Positions 1 to 13,400 of a DNA stretch of 64,000 bases are shown here, piece by piece. This DNA is from Eledone cirrhosa (Eukaryota): assembly GCA_964016885.1 (NCBI GenBank), contig OZ024758.1, forward strand, positions 39,432,001 through 39,496,000. Direction: 5' to 3'. Positions within the stretch are counted from its first letter, which is position 1; every line of letters starts with the position of its first letter. Made by a program: the position numbers and the translations under genes. The notes beneath the pieces were generated by a model that saw only the letters and a list, made by a program, of their open reading frames with translations, ran no database searches and had not been told where the DNA came from.

Positions 1-3000
1 CAACATTGGGGTTACTTCTGACAGCTAGTACCATGAACTTAAATGAATTCTCACCAACAGTGGAGTGACTTCTGACAGCTAATACCATGAACTTACATGA
101 ATTATCACCAACATTGGAGTTACTTCTTACAGCTAGTACCATGAACTTAAATGAATTCTCACCAACAGTGGAGTTACTTCTGACAGCTAGTACCATGAAC
201 TTAAATGAATTCTCACCAACAGTGGAGTTACTTCTGACAGCTAATACCATGAACTTAAATGGATTCTCACCAACAGTGGAGTTCCTTCTGACAGCTAATA
301 CCATGAACTTAAATGAATTCTCACCAACATTGGAGTTACTTCTGACAGCTAGTACCATGACTTAAATGAATTCTCACCAACATTGGAGTTACTTCTGACA
401 ACTAATACCATGACTTAAATGAATTCTCACCAACAGTGGAGTTACTTCTGACAAACTAATACCATGAACTTAAATGAATTCTCACCAACAGTGGAGTTAC
501 TTCTGACAGCTAGTACCATGAACTTAAATGAATTCTCACCAACAGTGGAGTTCCTTCTGACAGCTAATACCATGAACTTAAATGAATTCTCACCAACAGT
601 GGAGTTACTTCTGACAGCTAATACCATGAACTTAAATGAATTCTCACCAACATTGGTGTTACTTCTGACAGCTAGTACCATGAACTTAAATGAATTCTCA
701 CCAACAGTGGAATGACTTCTGACAGCTAATACCATGAACTTAAATGAATTCTCACCAACATTGGAGTGACTTCTGACAGCTAATACCATGAACTTAAATG
801 AATTCTCACCAACAGTGGAGTTACTTCTGACAGCTAGTACCATGAACTTAAATGAATTCTCACCAACAGTGGAGTTTCTTCTGACAGCTAATACCATGAA
901 CTTAAATGAATTCTCAGCAACAGTGGAGTTCCTTCTGACAGCTAATACCATGAACTTAAATGAATTCTCACCAACATTGGAGTTACTTCTGACAGCTAGT
1001 ACCATGACTTAAATGAATTCTCACCAACAGTGGAGTTACTTCTGACAGCTAATACCATGAACTTAAATGAATTCTCACCAACAGTGGAGTTAATTCTGAC
1101 AGCTAGTACCATGAACTTAAATGAATTCTCACCAACAGTGGAGTTACTTCTGACAGCTAATACCATGAACTTAAATGAATTCTCACCAACAGTGGAGTTA
1201 CTTCTGACAGCTAATACCATGAACTTAAATGAATTCTCACCAACAGTGGAGTTCCTTCTGACAGCTAATACCATGAACTTAAATGAATTCTCACCAACAT
1301 TGGAGTTACTTCTGACAGCTAGTACCATGACTTAAATGAATTCTCACCAACATTGGAGTTACTTCTGACAGCTAGTACCATGACTTAAATGAATTCTCAC
1401 CAACAATGGAGTTACTTCTGACAGCTAATACCACGTATTAAATGAATTCTCACCAAAAGTGGAGTTACTTCTGACAGCTAATACCATGAACTTAAATGAA
1501 TTCTCAGCAACAGTGGAGTTCCTTCTGACAGCTAATACCATGAACTTAAATGAATTCTCACCAACAGTGGAGTTACTTCTGACAGCTAGTACCATGAACT
1601 TAAATGAATTCTCACCAACAGTGGAGTTACTTCTAACAGCTAATACCATGAACTTAAATGAATTCTCACCAACATTGGAGTTACTTCTGACAGCTAATAC
1701 CATGACTTAAATGAATTCTCACCAACAGTGGAGTTACTTCTGTCAGCTAATACCATGAACTTAAATGAATTCTCACCAACATTGGAGTGACTTCTGACAG
1801 CTAATACCATGAACTTAAATGAATTCTCACCAACATTGGGGTTACTTCTGACAGCTAGTACCATGAACTTAAATGAATTCTCACCAACAGTGGAGTGACT
1901 TCTGACAGCTAATACCATGAACTTACATGAATTATCACCAACATTGGAGTTACTTCTTACAGCTAGTACCATGAACTTAAATGAATTCTCACCAACATTG
2001 GAGTTACTTCTGACAGCTAATACCATGACTTAAATGAATTCTCACCAACAGTGGAGTTACTTCTGTCAGCTAATACCATGAACTTAAATGAATTCTCACC
2101 AACATTGGAGTGACTTCTGACAGCTAATACCATGAACTTAAATGAATTCTCACCAACATTGGGGTTACTTCTGACAGCTAGTACCATGAACTTAAATGAA
2201 TTCTCACCAACAGTGGAGTGACTTCTGACAGCTAATACCATGAACTTACATGAATTATCACCAACATTGGAGTTACTTCTTACAGCTAGTACCATGAACT
2301 TAAATGAATTCTCACCAACAGTGGAGTTACTTCTGACAGCTAGTACCATGAACTTAAATGAATTCTCACCAACAGTGGAGTTACTTCTGACAGCTAATAC
2401 CATGAACTTAAATGGATTCTCACCAACAGTGGAGTTCCTTCTGACAGCTAATACCATGAACTTAAATGAATTCTCACCAACATTGGAGTTACTTCTGACA
2501 GCTAGTACCATGACTTAAATGAATTCTCACCAACATTGGAGTTACTTCTGACAACTAATACCATGACTTAAATGAATTCTCACCAACAGTGGAGTTACTT
2601 CTGACAAACTAATACCATGAACTTAAATGAATTCTCACCAACAGTGGAGTTACTTCTGACAGCTAGTACCATGAACTTAAATGAATTCTCACCAACAGTG
2701 GAGTTCCTTCTGACAGCTAATACCATGAACTTAAATGAATTCTCACCAACAGTGGAGTTACTTCTGACAGCTAATACCATGAACTTAAATGAATTCTCAC
2801 CAACATTGGTGTTACTTCTGACAGCTAGTACCATGAACTTAAATGAATTCTCACCAACAGTGGAATGACTTCTGACAGCTAATACCATGAACTTAAATGA
2901 ATTCTCACCAACATTGGAGTGACTTCTGACAGCTAATACCATGAACTTAAATGAATTCTCACCAACAGTGGAGTTACTTCTGACAGCTAGTACCATGAAC

Positions 3001-3700
3001 TTATATGAATTCTCACCAACAGTGGAGTTACTTCTGACAGCTAATACCATGAACTTAAATGAATTATCAGCAACAGTGGAGTTCCTTCTGACAGCTAATA
3101 CCATGAACTTAAATGAATTCTCACCAACATTGGAGTTACTTCTGACAGCTAGTACCATGACTTAAATGAATTCTCACCAACAGTGGAGTTACTTCTGACA
3201 GCTAATACCATGAACTTAAATGAATTCTCACCAACAGTGGAGTTAATTCTGACAGCTAGTACCATGAACTTAAATGAATTCTCACCAACAGTGGAGTTAC
3301 TTCTGACAGCTAATACCATGAACTTAAATGAATTGTCACCAACAGTGGAGTTAATTCTGACAGCTAATACCATGAACTTAAATGAATTCTCACCAACAGT
3401 GGAGTTCCTTCTGACAGCTAATACCATGAACTTAAATGAATTCTCACCAACATTGGAGTTACTTCTGACAGCTAGTACCATGACTTAAATGAATTCTCAC
3501 CAACATTGGAGTTACTTCTGACAGCTAGTACCATGACTTAAATGAATTCTCACCAACAATGGAGTTACTTCTGACAGCTAATACCACGTATTAAATGAAT
3601 TCTCACCAACAGTGGAGTTACTTCTGACAGCTAATACCATGAACTTAAATGAATTCTCAGCAACAGTGGAGTTCCTTCTGACAGCTAATACCATGAACTT
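1..3700 (+). repeat. Higher-order duplication, offset 2153 bp (40 monomers), with a nested 323-bp (6-monomer) duplication at about 1700-2330
   Basis: Rare variants recur exactly 2153 bp apart: GGATTC at 261/2414, CCACGTATTA at 1431/3584 and CAAT at 1404/3557. TGTCAGC recurs at 1741/2064 (323 bp). Confidence 0.9.
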
Positions 3701-4289
3701 AAATGAATTCTCACCAACATTGGACTTACTTCTGACAGCTAGTACCATGAACTTAAATGAATTCTCACCAACAGTGGAGTTACTTCTGACAACTAATACC
3801 ATGAACTTAAATGAATTCTCACCAACAGTGGCGTTCCTTCTGACAGCTAATACCATGAACTTAAATGAATTCTCACCAACAGTGGAGTTACTTCTGACAG
3901 CTAGTACCATGACTTAAATGAATTCTCACCAACATTGGAGTTCCTTCTGACAGCTAATACCATGAACTTAAATGAATTCTCACCAACAGTGGAGTTCCTT
4001 CTGACAGCTAATACCATGAACTTAAATGAATTCTCACCAACATTGGAGTTACTTCTGACAACTAATACCATGACTTAAATGAATTCTCACCAACAGTGGA
4101 GTTACTTCTGACAAACTAATACCATGAACTTAAATGAATTCTCACCAACAGTGGAGTTACTTCTGACAGCTAATACCATGAACTTAAATGAATTCTCACC
4201 AACATTGGAGTGACTTCTGACAGCTAATACCATGAACTTAAATGAATTCTCACCAACATTGGGGTTACTTCTGACAGCTAATACCATGC

Positions 4290-5100
4290 ACTTAAATGAA
4301 TTCTCACCAACAGTGGAGTTACTTCTGACAGCTAGTACCATGAACCTAAATGAATTCTCACCAACAGTGGAGTTACTTCTGACAGCTAATACCATGAACT
4401 TAAATGAATTCTCAGCAACAGTGGAGTTCCTTCTGACAGCTAATACCATGAACTTAAATGAATTCTCACCAACATTGGAGTTACTTCTGACAGCTAGTAC
4501 CATGAACTTAAATGAATTCTCACCAACAGTGGAGTTACTTCTGACAGCTAATACCATGAACTTAAATGAATTCTCACCAACAGTGGAGTTACTTCTGACA
4601 GCTAATACCATGAACTTAAATGAATTCTCACCAACATTGGAGTGACTTCTGACAGCTAATACCATGAACTTAAATGAATTCTCACCAACATTGGGGTTAC
4701 TTCTGACAGCTAATACCATGAACTTAAATGAATTCTCACCAACAGTGGAGTGACTTCTGACAGCTAATACCATGAACTTAAATGAATTCTCACCAACATT
4801 GGAGTGACTTCTGACAGCTAATACCATGAACTTAAATGAATTCTCACCAACAGTGGAGTTACTTCTGACAGCTAGTACCATGAACCTAAATGAATTCTCA
4901 CCAACAGTGGAGTTACTTCTGACAGCTAATACCATGAACTTAAATGAATTCTCAGCAACAGTGGAGTTCCTTCTGACAGCTAATACCATGAACTTAAATG
5001 AATTCTCACCAACATTGGAGTTACTTCTGACAGCTAGTACCATGAACTTAAATGAATTCTCACCAACAGTGGAGTTACTTCTGACAGCTAATACCATGAA
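4290..5100 (+). repeat. 540-bp (10-monomer) tandem duplication; the same arrangement recurs at about 16.2-17.3 kb
   Basis: The lines starting at 4321 and 4861 are identical, including the GAACCTAAA variant. GAACCTAAA and the TCAGCAAC marker are also 540 bp apart in the lines starting at 16501/17041 and 16561/17101. Confidence 0.85.
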
Positions 5101-5149
5101 CTTAAATGAATTCTCACCATCAGTGGCGTTCCTTCTGACAGCTAATACC

Positions 5150-7460
5150 ATGAACTTAAATGAATTCTCACCAACAGTGGAGTTACTTCTGACAGCTAGT
5201 ACCATGACTTAAATGAATTCTCACCAACATTGGAGTTCCTTCTGACAGCTAATACCATGAACTTAAATGAATTCTCACCAACGGTGGAGTTACTTCTGAC
5301 AGCTAATACCATGAACTTAAATGAATTCTCACCAACAGTGGAGTTACTTCTGACAGCTAATACCATGAACTTAAATGAATTCTCACCAACAGTGGAGTTA
5401 CTTCTGACAGCTAATACCATGAACTTAAATGAATTCTCACCAACATTGGAGTGACTTCTGACAGCTAATACCATGAACTTAAATGAATTCTCACCAACAT
5501 TGGGGTTACTTCTGACAGCTAGTACCATGAACTTAAATGAATTCTCACCAACAGTGGAGTGACTTCTGACAGCTAATACCATGAACTTACATGAATTATC
5601 ACCAACATTGGAGTTACTTCTTACAGCTAGTACCATGAACTTAAATGAATTCTCACCAACATTGGAGTTACTTCTGAAAACTAATACCATGACTTAAATG
5701 AATTCTCACCAACAGTGGAGTTACTTCTGACAAACTAATACCATGAACTTAAATGAATTCTCACCAACAGTGGAGTTACTTCTGACAGCTAATACCATGA
5801 ACTTAAATGAATTCTCACCAACAGTGGAGTTACTTCTAACAGCTAATACCATGAAATTAAATGAATTCTCACCAACATTGGAGTTACTTCTGACAGCTAA
5901 TACCATGACTTAAATGAATTCTCACCAACAGTGGAGTTACTTCTGTCAGCTAATACCATGAACTTAAATGAATTCTCACCAACATTGGAGTTACTTCTGA
6001 CAGCTAGTACCATGAACTTAAATGAATTCTCACCAACAGTGGAGTTACTTCTGACAGCTAATACCATGAACTTAAATGAATTCTCACCAACAGTGGAGTT
6101 CCTTCTGACAGATAATACCATGAACTTAAATGAATTCTCACCAACATTGGAGTTACTTCTGACAGCTAGTACCATGACTTAAATGAATTCTCACCAACAT
6201 TGGAGTTACTTCTGACAACTAATACCATGACTTAAATGAATTCTCACCAACAGTGGAGTTACTTCTGACAAACTAATACCATGAACTTAAATGAATTCTC
6301 ACCAACAGTGGAGTTACTTCTGACAGCTAGTACCATGACTTAAATGAATTCTCACCAACATTGGAGTTCCTTCTGACAGCTAATACCATGAACTTAAATG
6401 AATTCTCACCAACGGTGGAGTTACTTCTGACAGCTAATACCATGAACTTAAATGAATTCTCACCAACAGTGGAGTTACTTCTGACAGCTAATACCATGAA
6501 CTTAAATGAATTCTCACCAACAGTGGAGTTACTTCTGACAGCTAATACCATGAACTTAAATGAATTCTCACCAACATTGGAGTGACTTCTGACAGCTAAT
6601 ACCATGAACTTAAATGAATTCTCACCAACATTGGGGTTACTTCTGACAGCTAGTACCATGAACTTAAATGAATTCTCACCAACAGTGGAGTGACTTCTGA
6701 CAGCTAATACCATGAACTTACATGAATTATCACCAACATTGGAGTTACTTCTTACAGCTAGTACCATGAACTTAAATGAATTCTCACCAACATTGGAGTT
6801 ACTTCTGAAAACTAATACCATGACTTAAATGAATTCTCACCAACAGTGGAGTTACTTCTGACAAACTAATACCATGAACTTAAATGAATTCTCACCAACA
6901 GTGGAGTTACTTCTGACAGCTAATACCATGAACTTAAATGAATTCTCACCAACAGTGGAGTTACTTCTAACAGCTAATACCATGAAATTAAATGAATTCT
7001 CACCAACATTGGAGTTACTTCTGACAGCTAATACCATGACTTAAATGAATTCTCACCAACAGTGGAGTTACTTCTGTCAGCTAATACCATGAACTTAAAT
7101 GAATTCTCACCAACATTGGAGTTACTTCTGACAGCTAGTACCATGAACTTAAATGAATTCTCACCAACAGTGGAGTTACTTCTGACAGCTAATACCATGA
7201 ACTTAAATGAATTCTCACCAACAGTGGAGTTCCTTCTGACAGATAATACCATGAACTTAAATGAATTCTCACCAACATTGGAGTTACTTCTGACAGCTAG
7301 TACCATGACTTAAATGAATTCTCACCAACATTGGAGTTACTTCTGACAACTAATACCATGACTTAAATGAATTCTCACCAACAGTGGAGTTACTTCTGAC
7401 AAACTAATACCATGAACTTAAATGAATTCTCACCAACAGTGGAGTTACTTCTGACAGCTA
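5150..7460 (+). repeat. 1131-bp (21-monomer) near-perfect tandem duplication; third related copy at about 8.38-9.5 kb
   Basis: ACGGTGG at 5281/6412 and GATAATACC at 6111/7242. Identical ORF translations start at 5196/6327, 5721/6852 and 5897/7028. Confidence 0.9.
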
Positions 7461-10400
7461 GTACCATGAACTTAAATGAATTCTCACCAACAGTGGAGTT
7501 CCTTCTGACAGCTAATACCATGAACTTAAATGAATTCTCACCAACAGTGGAGTTACTTCTGACAGCTAATACCATGAACTTAAATGAATTCTCACCAACA
7601 TTGGAGTGACTTCTGACAGCTAATACCATGAACTTAAATGAATTCTCACCAACATTGGTGTTACTTCTGACAGCTAGTACCATGAACTTAAATGAATTCT
7701 CACCAACAGTGGAATGACTTCTGACAGCTAATACCATGAACTTAAATGAATTCTCACCAACATTGGAGTGACTTCTGACAGCTAATACCATGAACTTAAA
7801 TGAATTCTCACCAACAGTGGAGTTACTTCTGACAGCTAGTACCATGAACTTAAATGAATTCTCACCAACAGTGGAGTTACTTCTGACAGCTAATACCATG
7901 AACGTAAATGAATTCTCACCATCAGTGGCGTTCCTTCTGACAGCTAATACCATGAACTTAAATGAATTCTCACCAACAGTGGAGTTACTTCTGACAGCTA
8001 GTACCATGACTTAAATGAATTCTCACCAACATTGGAGTTCCTTCTGACAGCTAATACCATGAACTTAAATGAATTCTCACCAACAGTGGAGTTACTTCTG
8101 ACAGCTAATACCATGAACTTAAATGAATTCTCAGCAACAGTGGAGTTCCTTCTGACAGCTAATACCATGAACTTAAATGAATTCTCACCAACATTGGAGT
8201 TACTTCTGACAGCTAGTACCATGAACTTAAATGAATTCTCACCAACAGTGGAGTTACTTCTGACAGCTAATACCATGAACTTAAATGAATTCTCACCATC
8301 AGTGGCGTTCCTTCTGACAGCTAATACCATGAACTTAAATGAATTCTCACCAACAGTGGAGTTACTTCTGACAGCTAGTACCATGACTTAAATGAATTCT
8401 CACCAACATTGGAGTTCCTTCTGACAGCTAATACCATGAACTTAAATGAATTCTCACCAACGGTGGAGTTACTTCTGACAGCTAATACCATGAACTTAAA
8501 TGAATTCTCACCAACAGTGGAGTTACTTCTGACAGCTAATACCATGAACTTAAATGAATTCTCACCAACAGTGGAGTTACTTCTGACAGCTAATACCATG
8601 AACTTAAATGAATTCTCACCAACATTGGAGTGACTTCTGACAGCTAATACCATGAACTTAAATGAATTCTCACCAACATTGGGGTTACTTCTGACAGCTA
8701 GTACCATGAACTTAAATGAATTCTCACCAACAATGGAGTGACTTCTGACAGCTAATACCATGAACTTACATGAATTATCACCAACATTGGAGTTACTTCT
8801 TACAGCTAGTACCATGAACTTAAATGAATTCTCACCAACATTGGAGTTACTTCTGAAAACTAATACCATGACTTAAATGAATTCTCACCAACAGTGGAGT
8901 TACTTCTGACAAACTAATACCATGAACTTAAATGAATTCTCACCAACAGTGGAGTTACTTCTGACAGCTAATACCATGAACTTAAATGAATTCTCACCAA
9001 CAGTGGAGTTACTTCTAACAGCTAATACCATGAAATTAAATGAATTCTCACCAACATTGGAGTTACTTCTGACAGCTAATACCATGACTTAAATGAATTC
9101 TCACCAACAGTGGAGTTACTTCTGTCAGCTAATACCATGAACTTAAATGAATTCTCACCAACATTGGAGTTACTTCTGACAGCTAGTACCATGAACTTAA
9201 ATGAATTCTCACCAACAGTGGAGTTACTTCTGACAGCTAATACCATGAACTTAAATGAATTCTCACCAACAGTGGAGTTCCTTCTGACAGCTAATACCAT
9301 GAACTTAAATGAATTCTCACCAACATTGGAGTTACTTCTGACAGCTAGTACCATGACTTAAATGAATTCTCACCAACATTGGAGTTACTTCTGACAACTA
9401 ATACCATGACTTAAATGAATTCTCACCAACAGTGGAGTTACTTCTGACAAACTAATACCATGAACTTAAATGAATTCTCACCAACAGTGGAGTTACTTCT
9501 GACAGCTAGTACCATGAACTTAAATGAATTCTCACCAACAGTGGAGTTCCTTCTGACAGCTAATACCATGAACTTAAATGAATTCTCACCAACAGTGGAG
9601 TTACTTCTGACAGCTAATACCATGAACTTAAATGAATTCTCACCAACATTGGAGTGACTTCTGACAGCTAATACCATGAACTTAAATGAATTCTCACCAA
9701 CAGTGGAGTTACTTCTGACAGCTAGTACCATGAACTTAAATGAATTCTCACCAACAGTGGAGTTACTTCTGACAGCTAATACCATGAACGTAAATGAATT
9801 CTCACCATCAGTGGCGTTCCTTCTGACAGCTAATACCATGAACTTAAATGAATTCTCACCAACAGTGGAGTTACTTCTGACAGCTAGTACCATGACTTAA
9901 ATGAATTCTCACCAACATTGGAGTTCCTTCTGACAGCTAATACCATGAACTTAAATGAATTCTCACCAACAGTGGAGTTACTTCTGACAGCTAATACCAT
10001 GAACTTAAATGAATTCTCACCAACAGTGGAGTTACTTCTGACAGCTAATACCATGAACTTAAATGAATTCTCACCAACAGTGGAGTTACTTCTGACAGCT
10101 AATACCATGAACTTAAATGAATTCTCACCAACATTGGAGTGACTTCTGACAGCTAATACCATGAACTTAAATGAATTCTCACCAACATTGGTGTTACTTC
10201 TGACAGCTAGTACCATGAACTTAAATGAATTCTCACCAACAGTGGAATGACTTCTGACAGCTAATACCATGAACTTAAATGAATTCTCACCAACATTGGA
10301 GTGACTTCTGACAGCTAATACCATGAACTTAAATGAATTCTCACCAACAGTGGAGTTACTTCTGACAGCTAGTACCATGAACTTAAATGAATTCTCACCA

Positions 10401-13400
10401 ACAGTGGAGTTACTTCTGACAGCTAATACCATGAACGTAAATGAATTCTCACCATCAGTGGCGTTCCTTCTGACAGCTAATACCATGAACTTAAATGAAT
10501 TCTCACCAACAGTGGAGTTACTTCTGACAGCTAGTACCATGACTTAAATGAATTCTCACCAACATTGGAGTTCCTTCTGACAGCTAATACCATGAACTTA
10601 AATGAATTCTCACCAACAGTGGAGTTACTTCTGACAGCTAATACCATGAACTTAAATGAATTCTCACCAACAGTGGAGTTACTTCTGACAGCTAATACCA
10701 TGAACTTAAATGAATTCTCACCAACAGTGGAGTTACTTCTGACAGCTAATACCATGAACTTAAATGAATTCTCACCAACATTGGAGTGACTTCTGACAGC
10801 TAATACCATGAACTTAAATGAATTCTCACCAACATTGGGGTTACTTCTGACAGCTAGTACCATGAACTTAAATGAATTCTCACCAACAGTGGAGTGACTT
10901 CTGACAGCTAATACCATGAACTTACATGAATTATCACCAACATTGGAGTTACTTCTGACAGCTAGTACCATGAACTTAAATGAATTCTCGCCAACATTGG
11001 AGTTACTTCTGAAAACTAATACCATGACTTAAATGAATTCTCACCAACAGTGGAGTTACTTCTGACAAACTAATACCATGAACTTAAATGAATTCTCACC
11101 AACAGTGGAGTTACTTCTGACAGCTAATACCATGAACTTAAATGAATTCTCACCAACAGTGGAGTTACTTCTAACAGCTAATACCATGAACTTAAATGAA
11201 TTCTCACCAACATTGGAGTTACTTCTGACAGCTAATACCATGACTTAAATGAATTCTCACCAACAGTGGAGTTACTTCTGTCAGCTAATACCATGAACTT
11301 AAATGAATTCTCACCAACATTGGAGTTACTTCTGACAGCTAGTACCATGACTTAAATGAATTCTCACCAACATTGGAGTTACTTCTGACAACTAATACCA
11401 TGACTTAAATGAATTCTCACCAACAGTGGAGTTACATCTGACAAACTAATACCATGAACTTAAATGAATTCTCACCAACAGTGGAGTTACTTCTGACAGC
11501 TAGTACCATGAACTTAAATGAATTCTCACCAACAGTGGAGTTCCTTCTGACAGCTAATACCATGAACTTAAATGAATTCTCACCAACAGTGGAGTTACTT
11601 CTGACAGCTAATACCATGAACTTAAATGAATTCTCACCAACATTGGAGTGACTTCTGACAGCTAATACCATGAACTTAAATGAATTCTCACCAACATTGG
11701 TGTTACTTCTGACAGCTAGTACCATGAACTTAAATGAATTCTCACCAACAGTGGAATGACTTCTGACAGCTAATACCATGAACTTAAATGAATTCTCACC
11801 AACATTGGAGTGACTTCTGACAGCTAATACCATGAACTTAAATGAATTCTCACCAACAGTGGAGTTACTTCTGACAGCTAGTACCATGAACTTAAATGAA
11901 TTCTCACCAACAGTGGAGTTACTTCTGACAGCTAATACCATGAACTTAAATGAATTCTCACCATCAGTGGCGTTCCTTCTGACAGCTAATACCATGAACT
12001 TAAATGAATTCTCACCAACAGTGGAGTTACTTCTGACAGCTAGTACCATGACTTAAATGAATTCTCACCAACATTGGAGTTCCTTCTGACAGCTAATACC
12101 ATGAACTTAAATGAATTCTCACCAACAGTGGAGTTACTTCTGACAGCTAATACCATGAACTTAAATGAATTCTCACCAACAGTGGAGTTACTTCTGACAG
12201 CTAATACCATGAACTTAAATGAATTCTCACCAACAGTGGAGTTACTTCTGACAGCTAATACCATGAACTTAAATGAATTCTCACCAACATTGGAGTGACT
12301 TCTGACAGCTAATACCATGAACTTAAATGAATTCTCACCAACATTGGGGTTACTTCTGACAGCTAGTACCATGAACTTAAATGAATTCTCACCAACAGTG
12401 GAGTGACTTCTGACAGCTAATACCATGAACTTACATGAATTATCACCAACATTGGAGTTACTTCTGACAGCTAGTACCATGAACTTAAATGAATTCTCAC
12501 CAACATTGGAGTTACTTCTGTCAGCTAATACCATGAACTTAAATGAATTCTCACCAACAGTGGAGTTACTTCTGACAAACTATTACCATGACTTAAATGA
12601 ATTCTCACCAACAGTGGAGTTACTTCTGACAAACTATTACCATGAACTTAAATGAATTCTCACCAACAGTGGAGTTACTTCTGACAGCTAATACCATGAA
12701 CTTAAATGAATTCTCACCAACAGTGGAGTTACTTCTAACAGCTAATACCATGAACTTAAATGAATTCTCACCAACATTGGAGTTACTTCTGACAGCTAAT
12801 ACCATGACTTAAATGAATTCTCACCAACAGTGGAGTTACTTCTGTCAACTAATACCATGAACTTAAATGAATTCTCACCAACATTGGAGTGACTTCTGAC
12901 AGCTAATACCATGAACTTAAATGAATTCTCACCAACATTGGGGTTACTTCTGACAGCTAGTACCATGAACTTAAATGAATTCTCACCAACAGTGGAGTGA
13001 CTTCTGACAGCTAATACCATGAACTTACATGAATTATCACCAACATTGGAGTTACTTCTTACAGCTAGTACCATGAACTTAAATGAATTCTCACCAACAT
13101 TGGAGTTACTTCTGAAAACTAATACCATGACTTAAATGAATTCTCACCAACAGTGGAGTTACTTCTGACAAACTAATACCATGAACTTAAATGAATTCTC
13201 ACCAACAGTGGAGTTACTTCTGACAGCTAATACCATGAACTTAAATGAATTCTCACCAACAGTGGAGTTACTTCTAACAACTAATACCATGAACTTAAAT
13301 GAATTCTCACCAACATTGGAGTTACTTCTGACAGCTAATACCATGACTTAAATGAATTCTCACCAACAGTGGAGTTACTTCTGTCAGCTAATACCATGAA

